A stretch of DNA of 64,000 nucleotides from Eledone cirrhosa (lineage: Eukaryota). A model generated the notes under the pieces. It saw nothing but the letters and a program-made list of their open reading frames with translations, was not told the origin of the DNA and searched no databases. A program made the position numbers and the translations under genes. Positions 1-12,753 of the stretch are shown piece after piece. The stretch covers positions 18,786,001 through 18,850,000 of the forward strand of contig OZ024741.1 of the NCBI GenBank assembly GCA_964016885.1, written 5' to 3'. Each line of letters begins with the position of its first letter. Positions within the stretch are counted from its first letter, which is position 1.

Positions 1-1190
<1,190 letters not shown>

Positions 1191-1224
1191 ATAACTTTGA
1201 TAGGTTTCGGCCAGTATTGGCCCA

Positions 1225-2790
1225 GGCAATGTCTAACTTAATAGCACCACCTTTGCGAAGTCTTACAAATCCGTGTTTGGGCACCATGGCCCACTCGAGC
1301 AGAGAGTTATTGTTTACTGAGGCATATCCGGGTGTAGCAGGCTTATCCGGGATTTCTTGAAGGAATTTATCCAAAGACTTCTTTAACTTGATGGGGTCTG
1401 TTTCTGCTTTGATGTGTTTTGGTGTAATATTAAAGAGTGCAGGGCCAATTGAGGTGAAATAATTGTGCCGTATTGTTGTTATGTGATGCGAGTGAGATTT
1501 TTGTCGTGGGCGGATAGCACGGGGCCCAAGCCTTGGGTTTACATTAAAGGTGAAGCCAACATCATTTTGGCTAAGCTGATGGAATATTTTCCATATCATG
1601 TAGATAATGTAGCGTTCACGGCGACGTTGGAGAGAATAAAGATTGAGCTTTTCTAATCGACTCCAATATTCAAGGCCTGTCATGCCATCTATCTTTTTTG
1701 TAATTGACCTTTGGGGTGCTTCAACTTTCATGATACTTTGTTTCGTGTGTGGTGACCACAGTGGACAACAGTATTCAAGGTGGGGTCGGGCAAAGGTGGA
1801 GAAGAGAAGGATAACAGTGTGGATATCTCTCGACTGGGAAGTTATGAGAATCCAGGGACACATTCTGCGGGCCATATCAACTTTGCTGTTTATATGAGTG
1901 GCCCAGCTTATATTGTTGTCCACAATTACTCTCAGGTCTCTGATGTTATTGGATGCCACTAGAGTTTCACCCGAAGGAAGAGAGTATGGTTGTTTCAGGG
2001 CATCCTTATTTCCAAAGTGGATTAATTCAAAATTATCCCCATTCAACAGCATATTATTCTTTTCTGCCCATTGGATAACAGCCAGTAGGTCTAACTGAAA
2101 GCAAGTCCGGTCACTCACCTCATTGATGACCCTTTGGAGCTTGGAATCATTTGCGAAGATTCTGATGTTGCTGTGTTTGATGATGTCAGTAATGTCATTA
2201 ATGTAGATGATGAAAAGAAGTGGGCCCAACACAGTGTCTTCTGGGACGCCACTGCTGACTTTGGCAGGGCTTGATTTTACTCCTTCGACTACAACATGTT
2301 GGGCTCTGTCTGTCAGGAAACATTTGATCCACAGTAGTAACCTTCCAGAGACACCAATATTGGATAGTTTTTTCAGTAGAATCTTATGATCAACCCTGTC
2401 GAAGGCCTTGCTGAGATCAAGGTAGATGACATCAGTGTTGGAGCCCTCTCCCAAGGCTCACATAAACATCGTCAAAGTGATGCAGGAGCTGCGTTAGGCA
2501 GTCTCTTCCATTACGGAACCCATGTTGGTTGGAGTTCAGCAGGCTGTTACTTTCGAGAAAGTGGGTTATTCGTGATCTCACCACCCTCTCAAATACCTTG
2601 ATAATATGAGAGGTAAGTGAGATCGGACGGTGGTTCACTGCAAGGGACTTATTTCCCTTTTTGAAGACTGGGACAACGGACTGGGACAGAAAGTTTTCAG
2701 GAATATAGCCAATGTCCAGTGAGTTCCTCCACAGATTAGCAAGAGGAGTTGCAAGTTGGTGTCGACACACCTTCAGGACACAAGCGCAGA
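1225..2790 (-). mobile_element. CR1/L2-group LINE ORF2 reverse transcriptase, 5'-truncated and frameshifted
   Basis: ORFs 2432-2770 and 844-2454 carry [70 protein letters not shown] and [10 protein letters not shown]. Frameshift near 2440; the catalytic FADD reads FAND. Confidence 0.93.
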
Positions 2791-2960
2791 TCTCTCAGAT
2801 TCCTCGGCAGCTTGTTGAAGAGTTGAGGGTCCTTGAACCCCAGGCTATTGCAATATCTGTTCCTTATTCAAGATGAGGAAGACGGGACCTTTGGCATCAC
2901 ACAGTGACGACCTGTTCGACGGTTGGTCCAGCTCCCAATGCCAAAGTTTGGCGTGTTCTT
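2791..2960 (-). mobile_element. Second CR1-group LINE C-terminal fragment
   Basis: Minus-strand translation NRYCNSLGFKDPQLFNKLPRNLR resembles the CR1-group ORF2 C-terminus. Confidence 0.6.
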
Positions 2961-3672
2961 GATAATGATAATAATGATAATAATGAAATTATTGTGTACA
3001 GTGCTCAGGTGCACTACAAATCATCAAAGGTGCATGTATAGTACATAGAATAATATACAAATGTCAGGAAAGTGAACAGTGTACGAGTCATGATATACAT
3101 GTGTGCGTGTGTATGGAGGGAGGATATTAGGTGTAGTGTTGGCGAATCTCAGGAAGCATGGAGGTTTTAAAGGATGCAGTGTCTCGACAACTAACAACTG
3201 ATGCAGGTAGTTTGTTCCATGGAGGTTTTAAAGGATGCAATGACTCGACAACTAACTACAGATGCAGGTGGTTTGTTCCATACTTCAGCAACTCTGAGCG
3301 TAAAAAAATGTTTCCGAAAGTCATGGGAGCTGTGCTGTTTTCTGACTTGGTTGGCATGTCCACGTGTGTTAGACACATGGAAATCAAAAAGGTACTCAGG
3401 GTTGTTGTTGGCAAGATGGTTAATAATTTTGTGGGTGTTTTCCTAGTCAGTTGCCAGACGTCAGAGTTTCAATGTATCCATGCCCAGGGAAGCAAGGCGT
3501 TCAGAGTATGATAGATGCCTGATGGAGTGTATTCGCTTGAAAGGTTTCCAGGCGGTCAATGTTCTGAGCAAGGTAGGGGTTCCAGACTGGTGATGCAAAT
3601 TCTATCTGTGGCCGCACCATAGCTATATACAGCTTTAAATAGATAGCTGGAGAGCGGCTGACAAAGGTCTTC
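2961..3672 (-). mobile_element. Third CR1-group LINE 3' fragment with (TTA/TCA)n tail
   Basis: TRGHANQVRKQ..FRKHFFTLRVAEVWNK.P motif. Triplet-repeat tail at 2961-2985. Internal ~61-bp tandem duplication at 3157/3218. Confidence 0.8.
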
Positions 3673-3800
3673 ATCGGGAATATTCCAAATAAACATTTTC
3701 AAATCGCTCTAATGATTCTCTTAAACTGAGTTAGGCTAAAATATTAAAACAGAAATTTTATTCAAGGAAAAACAACTCCTACAAAATGAAATAAAATAAT

Positions 3801-3984
3801 TGTTTCTACTTTTGGCACAAGGCCAGCAATTTCCCAGTTCATTACTGGTACTTTATTTTATCGACCCCGTAAGGATGAAAGGCAAAGTTAACCTCGGCGG
3901 GATTTGAACTCAGAATGGCAAGGGCCGTAACTTTATGCGTCAAAGCATGGCGTCCGACCCTCTACCAAAACTGCCAATCCACCG
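3801..3984 (-). mobile_element. tRNA-derived SINE, dominant family of the window
   Basis: Minus strand shows an A-box-like TGGCAG..GGTAG, B-box GAGTTCAAATCC and core GCCTTTCATCCTTACGGGGTCGATAAAATAAAGTACCAG (Deu/Nin-domain-like). 16-bp TSD aatgaaataaaataat at 3785-3800 and 3985-4000. Further partial or degenerate copies near 4350, 5335, 11085, 23030, 24005, 44030, 45400, 46090, 46930 and 62350. Confidence 0.9.
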
Positions 3985-4050
3985 AATGAAATAAAATAAT
4001 GCAATGAGTTATTTCCCTTATATACCGTTTTACTGAACTGTAGACAATAA

Positions 4051-4340
4051 CAGTGGAAACTTGGTATACGAACGCCTCTCATTTACAAACAATTCGGCTC
4101 ACAAACAATTTTTCAGAACAATGTTACAAGTAACGAGCATGCAGGAGTATCGGTAGGAAAGAGTCACTTGTTGTATAGTCAGTTACTATAATCATATCTA
4201 TCTGTCTTTAGCGCTCAGTCTCTCTCTCGCTGCATTTCTCTTTCAGCATTTCGTATAGTAAAAATAGTTTCGACTTACGAACATTTCGGGTGACGAACGG
4301 CCTTCAGGACCGATTAAGTTCGTGGACCGAGGTTCTGTTG
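4051..4340. mobile_element. pogo/Tigger-like MITE
   Basis: Imperfect TIRs cagtggaaacttggtatacgaac / gttcgtggaccgaggttctgttg, followed by TA. Confidence 0.6.
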
Positions 4341-4494
4341 TATTTGAATATAATTGTTTCTACTTTTGGCACCAGGCCAGCAATTATCTCAGTGCATTAC
4401 TGGTACTTTATTTTATCGACCCCGTAAGGATGAAAGGCAAAGTTAACCTCGGCGGGATTTGATAATAAAAAGTAAATAGTGAGGGCCTTGGTTT

Positions 4495-5238
4495 TTGATG
4501 ATGTCGTAGTGACACGGTCATAACACACGCCATCTTGGAAGTAATGAAGTAGTAGTGGCACGGTCATAACACACGCCATCTTGGGGGTGATGAAGTCGTA
4601 GTGGCACGGTCATAACACACGCCATCTTGGAGGTAATAAAGTAGTAGTAGCACGGTCATAACACACGCTATCTTGGAGGTGATGAAGTCGTAGTGGCACG
4701 GTCATAACACACGCCATGTTGGGGGTGATGAAGTCGTAGTGGCACGGTCATAACACACGCCGCCATCTTGGAGGTAATAAAGTAGTAGTAGCACGGTCAT
4801 AACACACGCCATCTTGGGGGTGATGAAGTCGTAGTGGCACGGTCATAACACACGCCATGTTGGGGGTGATGAAGTCGTAGTGGCACGGTCATAACACACG
4901 CCATGTTGGGGGTGATGAAGTTGTAGAGGCACGGTCATAACACACGCCATGTTGGGGGTGATGAAGTCGTAGAGGCACGGTCATAACACACGCCATGTTG
5001 GGGGTGATGAAGTCGTAGTGGCACGGTCATAACACACGCCATGTTGGGGGTGATGAAGTCGTAGAGGCACGGTCATAACACACGCCATGTTGGGGGTGAT
5101 GAAGTCGTAGAGGCACGGTCATAACACACGCCATGTTGGGGGTGATGAAGTCGTAGAGGCACGGTCATAACGCACGCTATCTTGGGGGTGATGAAGTCGT
5201 AGTGGCATGGTCATAACACACGCCGCCATCTTGGAGGT
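4495..5238. repeat. 46-bp minisatellite, about 16 copies
   Basis: Unit gcacggtcataacacacgccatgttgggggtgatgaagtcgtagtg; cacgg at 4513 and 4559. Confidence 0.95.
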
Positions 5239-5666
5239 TTATATCTGATGGAGTCAATCCGCCCTCAGGTCGGAATACAGCCGATTTCTTCTAGAGAAAA
5301 AGATAGAAGGTGATAGAGATGAAGAATCGACACCAGTATTGTACTGGTACCATATTTGTTGACCTCAAAATCACGAAAGGCAAAGTTGACGATGCAATGA
5401 ACCGGAACACGCTATTTTATAATCCGTTGCCCTGACGACTCTACTAATTTGCAGCCTTTATGTTTAAGGACACATTGTAAAATATGAATGATCGACCTCC
5501 CACGGGGGGTAAATTGGTAGCACGTGTCACTATATACACTTCTGTGGTGAAGTTCGGTGGACTAGGCCTCTATATGACATCTCACCTTTCACTACCAGGC
5601 TACTTATCCTCCATCGTTTCAGGCCGCGTTAGCGAGGTTTAATATTTTGGTAGCTATATCTAGCAG

Positions 5667-5848
5667 TTGTTTCTACTTTTGGCACAATTATGCCAGTGTA
5701 TTACTGGTACTTTATTTTATCGACCCCGTAAGGATGAAAGGCAAAGTTAACCTTGGCGGGATTTGAACTCAGATCATAAAGGGCCATAACTCTTTGCTTT
5801 CAAAGCATGGCGTCAAACCCTCTACCGATACTGGCAATCCACCGCCTT
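5667..5848 (-). mobile_element. tRNA-derived SINE copy
   Basis: Same core and head as 3801-3984. Confidence 0.88.
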
Positions 5849-5989
5849 TATTCTGAAAATGTCACCCAATCCCCGGTTAAGGGTTTGTATTAAGACATTG
5901 GTTGTTTCACACCTAGAGTCGGAACTTTGGGTGCAAGTTAACAAACATATACAATTCTGGTGTTGCGTCTCTCTGTTGTGTTTGTTGCG

Positions 5990-6690
5990 TCAGTGGTAGT
6001 GTTGGTGGTGGTGATGGGGGGGGTTAAGTTGGGGAGAGGGCTGGGGGTGTTGCTGGTTGTGTGGGTGGTGGTGATGGTGGTGGTGAATTGGGGTGGGGGT
6101 GGGTGGGGGGCTGGTGGTTGTGTTGGTGGTGGTGAAGTTGGGGGTGGTGTTGCTGGTTGTGTTGGTGGTGGTGATGGTGGTGGTGAAGTTGGGGGGGGTC
6201 GTGTTGATGGTGGTGGTGGTGAAGTTAGGGAGGGGCTGGTGGTTGTGATGGTGGTGGTGAAGTTGGGCTGGTGTTGGTGGTTGTATTGGTGGTGGTGATG
6301 GTGCTGGTGGTTGTGTTGGTGGTGGTGTTGGTGGCGGTGTTGGTGGTTGTGTTAATGGTGGTGATGGTGCTGGTGGTTGTGTTGATGGTTGTGATGGTGC
6401 TGGTGATGGTGATGGTGCTGGTGGTTGTGTTGGTCGTGGTGAAGTTGGGCGTGGTGTTGGTGGTTGTGTTGGTGGTGGTGGTGGTGGTGGTGAGGGTGAT
6501 GGTGATGGTGCTGCTGGTTGTGTTGGTGGTGGTGATGGTGGTTGTGTTAATATTGGTGGTGGTGTTGGGGGTGCTGTTGGTGGTTGTGTTGGTGGTTGTG
6601 TTGGTGGTGGTGAAGTTGGTGATGGTGCTGGTGGTTGTGTTGATGGTGGTGCTGATGGTTGTGTTGATGGTGGTGATGGTGCTGGTGATG
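5990..6690. repeat. (TGG/TGT/TGA)n degenerate triplet repeat
   Basis: Direct reading; gives Val/Gly-rich spurious ORFs. Confidence 0.92.
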
Positions 6691-6893
6691 TTGTACGGAG
6701 TTTATTCCGAAAATAATGTCACCCAGTCCCGGGTTAAGAGTTTGTATTCAGGCTGGTTATTTCATATACACCTTCAGTCGGAGCTTTGGATGAAAAGCAA
6801 CAAACATCTGTTAGTGAGGGGCTGGTTTGTAGTAGGGTAATATATATATATATATATATTGAGTTTCATATGGTCACACACACACACACGCGC

Positions 6894-6941
<48 letters not shown>

Positions 6942-6964
6942 ATTTACATATACATAAATTCACA

Positions 6965-7200
6965 GATATATATGTGGCAACCGGTCACGTTGTGGCTCAA
7001 TGAAGAATTGATAAATTAAATAATCAGAGCAATATATCATAAATCATGTCCTTAGAATTATTAGATAAAATATATACCATTTCCTCTCCCAATTAGCATA
7101 ATTAACCATATAAAAAATCAATTAGACCAGACTATAAGAATAAAGGCTCCTATGAAGAAATATTTGACAAATAACCGAAAGTGGCCTCTTCGCGGTGACC
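6965..7200. repeat. Fragment of the ~660-700 bp hammerhead-bearing family
   Basis: Shares taatcagagcaatatat..tttcctctcccaat..aaaaaatca with 9134-9934 and, as reverse complement, with 29849-30733. Confidence 0.8.
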
Positions 7201-7313
7201 CCAATAGAGTATTTATGCAACATTTCAACAGCATATGCAAACAAGCCTCATTTTTAAAGCCATGTCAGTAGAATGAACCCTTCATTCTTGCTCTTGTGTT
7301 GGCATGTTAACAG

Positions 7314-7361
7314 AACTGCAGACACTAATGTTTCTGGGTAGCACCTTTCATCAGTACAGCT
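7314..7361 (-). ncRNA. Minimal type-I hammerhead ribozyme-like motif
   Basis: AGCTGTA-CTGATGA-AAGGTGCTACCCA-GAAA-CATTAGT-GTC-TGCAGTT: 7-bp stem I, GUC triplet, weak stem II with A.A at its base. Confidence 0.65.
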
Positions 7362-7587
7362 CACTGTTCACCTGCCAAGTGTCAGAGCTAGTGAAAATAT
7401 ATGCTATTTTCTAAAATATACAGTGACTGATCAGTCAGATCTACATATTAGCAGATCCCCTGATCAGCCAAATTTGCATATCAGTAGACTGGCCAGTCAG
7501 TTTCCTGTATATGAGCGATAAATGGCTGGCTTTGCCACATTCAAATAAAAAAAAAATTTTTTTGCTCTACATACCTGAATACAATAA

Positions 7588-7635
7588 ATGTAATCTGATG
7601 AAGGGTGATACCCAGAAACATTAGTGTCTGCAATT
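7588..7635 (+). ncRNA. Hammerhead ribozyme-like motif, inverted partner of 7314-7361
   Basis: CTGATGA-AGGGTGATACCCA-GAAA-CATTAGT-GTC. Stem II GGGT/ACCC; stem I imperfect. Confidence 0.55.
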
Positions 7636-7758
7636 CTGTTTACATGCCAACTCAAGAGCAGGAATGAATGGTTCATTCTTCTGGCATGGCTATAAAAGTG
7701 AGGCTTGTTTGCATAATTGCAAGCAAAGAAATCGAATGTTATTATTAATGTTCGAAAA

Positions 7759-7870
7759 TGAGTTCAAATCCCGCCGAAGTTAACTTTGCCTTTTATCCTT
7801 ACGGGGGCGATAAAATAAAGTACCAGTAATGCACTGGGTAATTGCTGGCCTTATGCCAAACGTAGAAACA
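7759..7870 (+). mobile_element. 5'-truncated tRNA-derived SINE
   Basis: B-box and core present. 18-bp TSD attattaatgttcgaaaa at 7741-7758 and 7871-7888. Confidence 0.9.
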
Positions 7871-7930
7871 ATTATTAATGTTCGAAAAATTCAGATTACA
7901 TAAATGTATATATATATATATATATATATA

Positions 7931-8134
7931 TAATGTATAATAAACAACACAGTATAATTACCTCATTACCTGAGGTTTTCCGAACAGGACGAACACAAAA
8001 GACGTCCGCATTGGTTCGTCAGATAAGGCAATATTGCCTTATCTGGCGAACGAATGCGGACGTCTCTTGTGTTCGTCCTGTTCGGGAAACCTCGAGTAAT
8101 GAGGTAATTATACTGTGTTGTTTATTATACATTA
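7931..8134. repeat. 204-bp spacer-less palindrome with a hammerhead-like motif in each arm
   Basis: Centre aaggcaat|attgcctt at 8032/8033. Right arm reads ATTGCCTTAT-CTGGCGA...GAAA-CCTCGAG-TA-ATGAGGTAAT; the left arm on the minus strand has CTGACGA. Confidence 0.9.
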
Positions 8135-8198
8135 AATATTTAGCTCTGTTACTTACATAGAGCACTCTTCATTCCTTTTACCTTTTCCACGGAAACCT

Positions 8199-8270
<72 letters not shown>

Positions 8271-8272
<2 letters not shown>

Positions 8273-8828
8273 ACGCCTTATCTTCCGCTCTAATTTTATT
8301 CATGTCGCCCATTTGCAACAACGCAACACGCCATTTTTCATTTATATATTTTTCCCTCCGCTGTGACCAGTCTGTTTCTTTCTTACTGCTTACTCTTTCT
8401 CTCCCCCTGTATCTCTCACTTTCATTTCACCCTCGCTATCAGTCACTCTCTCTCAGCTGGCCTCTTCCTCACACTTGCACACACTCACTCTCTGCTACTC
8501 CCCTCTCTCACTTCCTCCCGTCTGACCTGTGTGAAATCCTTTTCTCGCTTACATCTCACAGGGTCTGGACGTGTCTGTCTCTATCGTCCACCATTTGATC
8601 GAACTTAAGTTCACAAATATCACGGACTTGCTTCTCCTCTTCCTCTCTTTCCGTTGCATTACCATCTATGTATGTTTACATGTCTCGCTCGCTTCACCCC
8701 ATTCTACGTGTCCCAATAACTTTGTTTTAGTTATCGCTCGCACCAGCCAGAGGTCTTTAATGCGAAGAAATACCAACGACGGCTGGAAGATCACTGATGA
8801 CGGACGCCTTATCTTCCGCTCTAATTTG
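8271..8828. mobile_element. (TA)n-flanked element with ~26-bp terminal direct repeat, probably Penelope-derived
   Basis: ggacgccttatcttccgctctaattt at 8271 and 8802; (TA)n on both sides. Family assignment is inference. Confidence 0.5.
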
Positions 8829-8829
8829 A

Positions 8830-8879
<50 letters not shown>

Positions 8880-8883
8880 CATA

Positions 8884-9120
8884 CTACTGGAATTCTATAA
8901 GAATCTAGCTTCTATAATTATCGACAAAGGCAGCAGAGTGTCTTGATAAACGCTAACAAGCGAGAAACAGACTGACTGTCGTCCGCTCTCTGTTGTTATT
9001 TGCCGAGAATAAGTAAGTGACATAGTCACTACTTTAAAAATCATAGCGAATGGTCTTCTAAATGTTTTTAATTAAACATAGTATATTTCCAAATATACTA
9101 TACATACACATTCATTCATA
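8884..9120 (+). repeat. Repeat homologous to 10497-10721 with a degenerate hammerhead-like fold
   Basis: Shares tactggaattctataagaat..gtgacatagtcactacttt. Contains TTGATAA-ACGCTAACAAGCGA-GAAA-CAGACTG. Confidence 0.65.
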
Positions 9121-9133
9121 TATATATATATAT

Positions 9134-9930
9134 AAGTAAGTCCAAAGAATCATTAGATAAAATATATACAGTATTTCCTCTCCCAATCAGTATAAATCAA
9201 CCACACAAAAAATCATTTAAACGAGGCTATAAGTTTAAAATGTACTTATGAAGAAATAATAGACAAATGGCAGCTTCTTTTCCGCGACGTACAGCGACAA
9301 AATATTTACCTAATATTCCTACTAGCCTGTAGACATTAACTAGACATATAGCTAACTACACGTAATTAGGTACAAAATCGAAGTTAGAAGATAAAATGTA
9401 CGTAAACTTTACCAAAATCTTCATAAGCTCTACCACCCGGCAGTTTCATTCCACTTTTTGGATATATCCGGTCTTGGATAAATCAACGAGGTTCTGAACT
9501 CATCAGAAGATACCTCAACTGGACTAAGATTTTTCTACCATAATCCCCGCCAGAAATGAATTCAAAATGGTTAAGAATCATCACGTGGCCAGTGGTCAAG
9601 GCAGAAAGTTTGTAATTGGTGCCTGTCGGCGAGTAGGCTGGTTGCTAGAAAGCGCAGCCGAATACTACATAAATTTTTACTCACCCTTACGGGAGTATAT
9701 ATTGAATTTAAAGGGTATATATATATAAATTAGACAAAGTCATAGATACATATATATGTTTTTGGCAAACATTCACGGTGTGGCTAAATGAAGAATTAAT
9801 TAAATAATTAATAATCAGAGCAATATATAAAAAAGTAAGTCCAAAGAATCATTAGATTAAATATATACAGTATTTCCTCTCCCAATCAGTATAAATCAAC
9901 CATATAAAAAATCATCTAAACGAGGTTATA

Positions 9931-9934
<4 letters not shown>
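9134..9934 (-). mobile_element. Terminally redundant ~699-bp element with a degenerate hammerhead (9428-9510)
   Basis: ~100-bp direct repeat at 9134 and 9833. Minus strand CTGATGA-GTTC...GAAT-GAAA. (TA)n flanks. Confidence 0.65.
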
Positions 9935-9968
<34 letters not shown>

Positions 9969-10234
9969 CATACGTACACGCTACATACATATACATAACA
10001 CCCACATATATATAAATATCTATATATATCCACACGCAAAACAAATATAATACACGTACAAACACATACACATACACACATATCTATACATCCACATACC
10101 CCCCCCCCCCACACACACACACGCACACACACACACACATATATATATATATACATATATACACACACATATATATATATACATATATACACACACATAT
10201 ATATACAATATATATATATGTATATATATATATG

Positions 10235-10393
10235 TTGTTATACTTTGGGAGGGTCATGTTGCCAATAAGAAACACACGCACCTGTTGCTTATTGTGTTTC
10301 TTATTGGCAACATGACCCTCCCAAAGTATAACAATATCGGTTTCAACACACGTTTTCAGATAAAGTATCTTGCTAAACAAATTCAGAAACGAT
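10235..10393. mobile_element. Penelope pLTR fold-back (hairpin about 10235-10334) plus tail
   Basis: Arms ttgttatactttgggagggtcatgttgccaataagaaacac and its reverse complement. The same sequence bounds the GIY-YIG element at 31013 and 32048. Confidence 0.85.
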
Positions 10394-10455
10394 ATATATA
10401 TATGTATATATATATAAATATATTAGGATTGGTGCTCTGAAATAGCGATGTATAC

Positions 10456-10721
10456 ATGAATGTATGCATAGTATATTTGGCACTATACCGTATGATTACT
10501 GGAATTCTATAAGAATTCAGCTTCTATAATTTTCGGCGGAGGAGGGCAGTACGTAGATCTGGTGATTGCCAAACAGCATGAAACAGACTGTTAGCTTCTC
10601 TGCCTTCTTTCGCCGGAAAGAAGTGACATAGTCACTACTTTAAACATGATAGCGTAAGGTCTTCAAAATGTTTTTAATTAAACGTACGGTATATTGCCAA
10701 ATATACTATATAAACATTCAT
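10456..10721 (+). mobile_element. Element with ~38-bp imperfect terminal inverted repeats and a degenerate hammerhead
   Basis: atgaatgtatgcatagtatatttggcactataccgta / tacggtatattgccaaatatactatataaacattcat. Contains CTGGTGA-TTGC..GCAT-GAAA-CAGACTG-TT. Confidence 0.6.
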
Positions 10722-10727
10722 ATATAT

Positions 10728-11025
10728 TTTTGGTAAATATCATCTTGGTTAAGAGAGTGGGACTGGCTTTGTGCAGTGCCTTTGCTCACTATAAAAGCTT
10801 CACAGCACAGGCATTGCTTTATATCTGGAGATCTCTCTGCACTTGTCGTCACATGGTACCATGGGCCCAGCACTATGTGTCAATAACTGTCACAAGTGTA
10901 GAGTTTGTACCAGAGTTTTCAAGTCGCTGGCTGGTCTAAAAAGCCACACTCGTTCAGCGCATCGGTAGGGGTTCTCCTACATGGATATAAAGTAGTGGCC
11001 GTACTCGAAAACGAGTTGACAGCCT

Positions 11026-11028
<3 letters not shown>
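10728..11028 (+). mobile_element. Non-autonomous RTE-related element, 3' part
   Basis: Near-identical to 25586-25893; ends tggccgtactcgaaaacgagttgacagcc. Confidence 0.8.
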
Positions 11029-11080
<52 letters not shown>

Positions 11081-11182
11081 AATATAATTGTTTCTACTTT
11101 TGGCACAAGGCCAGCAATTATCCCAGTGTATTACTGGTACTTAATTTTATCGACCCCGTAAGGATGAAAGGCAAAGTTAACA

Positions 11183-11467
11183 TAAGTATGTATGTATACG
11201 TACATACATATATGTATACAGACGTACAGTAGCATGCATATATATATATATACATATATACATATACATACAGGTACACATATATATATGTACGTATCAG
11301 TTTAGCGAACGTTTATTATAACGGACAAAGCGGGCGTTATAATAAACGTTCGCTATACTGATACGTACATATATATATGTGTACCTGTATGTATATGTAT
11401 ATATGTATATATATATATATGCATGCTACTGTACGTCTGTATACATATACGTATACATACATACTTA
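11183..11467. repeat. ~285-bp fold-back with an 11-nt loop, arms including microsatellite
   Basis: ..gcgaacgtttattataacg-gacaaagcggg-cgttataataaacgttcgc.., with pairing extending out to taagtatg/catactta. Confidence 0.88.
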
Positions 11468-11488
11468 CATATATATATATGTATATGT

Positions 11489-11656
<168 letters not shown>

Positions 11657-12011
11657 GAAGAAGGAGCCCCGCGAGGTGGGGTGGGATCAATTCTGTGCCA
11701 TCCTCATTGACAGGTACGCTTTTTGATGATGAGTGTACCTGCATCGGAATGACCCAGCGTCTTAGCCTTTGCGCGTGTGTGAGCCACACAGATGCCGTTC
11801 TGAAACCATGGTCGATCATTTCAGACAGGAGCCTTATGGCCTCAACGGTGACCATGCTAAGCACCCATTCAAGGGAACCCTCTAGTGAACCCTCCTCTCC
11901 TTGTTCGAGGGAGGTAGATATTTAATTTGGAACGCCACGTGCCGAAACTTACCATAAATCTCTCTTTCTCTCTCCCCACTATCTCCCTAACTTCTTAGCT
12001 CTTTTTCTTTT

Positions 12012-12053
<42 letters not shown>

Positions 12054-12093
12054 GCATATACATTTGTACTTATGCATTTACACACATGCAGAC

Positions 12094-12124
<31 letters not shown>

Positions 12125-12192
12125 TACATACACACATGTATTCATATATGTATGTGTGTGTCCGAGGGAGAGAGAGACAGTGAAAGAGAGAG

Positions 12193-12247
<55 letters not shown>

Positions 12248-12351
12248 ATTTCCTGCGTTGCTTTATAAATACGTTACATATTTGAATAAAATCGCTGCAA
12301 AAACTTCTACAGTAAACATCTTCTCAACATATCTCCTCAAAACATTTCAAA

Positions 12352-12475
12352 CCATCTCCAGATATCATCTCCAGATATCATCTCCAGATATCATCTCCAG
12401 ATATCATCTCCAGATATCATCTACATATCATCTACATATCATCGACACATATCATCGACACATATCATCGACACA
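12352..12475. repeat. 13-bp tandem repeat atatcatctccag, degenerating 3'
   Basis: Direct reading. Confidence 0.85.
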
Positions 12476-12753
12476 CAAAAAAAAATCTATATTCACACAA
12501 AATCATCGTGTTTATTTTTCTGTTTAAGACAGTGATGTGAGATTTGAGAGAAGCCTCGCTGCTATATTTAGCAGTTTTACCTGACCATATAGAGACACCA
12601 CATTTGTTTTTCACTGCACATGGCTTTTTTGTTCAAGAAAATTATCTCACAGAGCCCCAGGATGGGGTTCGTATTCAACGAGTGAATTAGAGTTGATAAC
12701 AGAAACAATTCCCACAGAAAAAGAGAACAGTATTAAAATTATAAATTAAGAAA

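Noticed and set aside
4495-5238. Regular arrays as CRISPR (also 20036, 24176 and 34262)
   Set aside because: Units are contiguous and near-identical with no unique spacers, there are no cas genes, and the context is eukaryotic.
8794-8830. CTGATGA at 8794 as a hammerhead
   Set aside because: No GAAA or NUH arrangement downstream, even when continued through the terminal repeat.
8043-10566. CTGG.GA cores as retro-copied ADAR edits
   Set aside because: Only two A-to-G cases among mixed substitution types; indistinguishable from ordinary decay.
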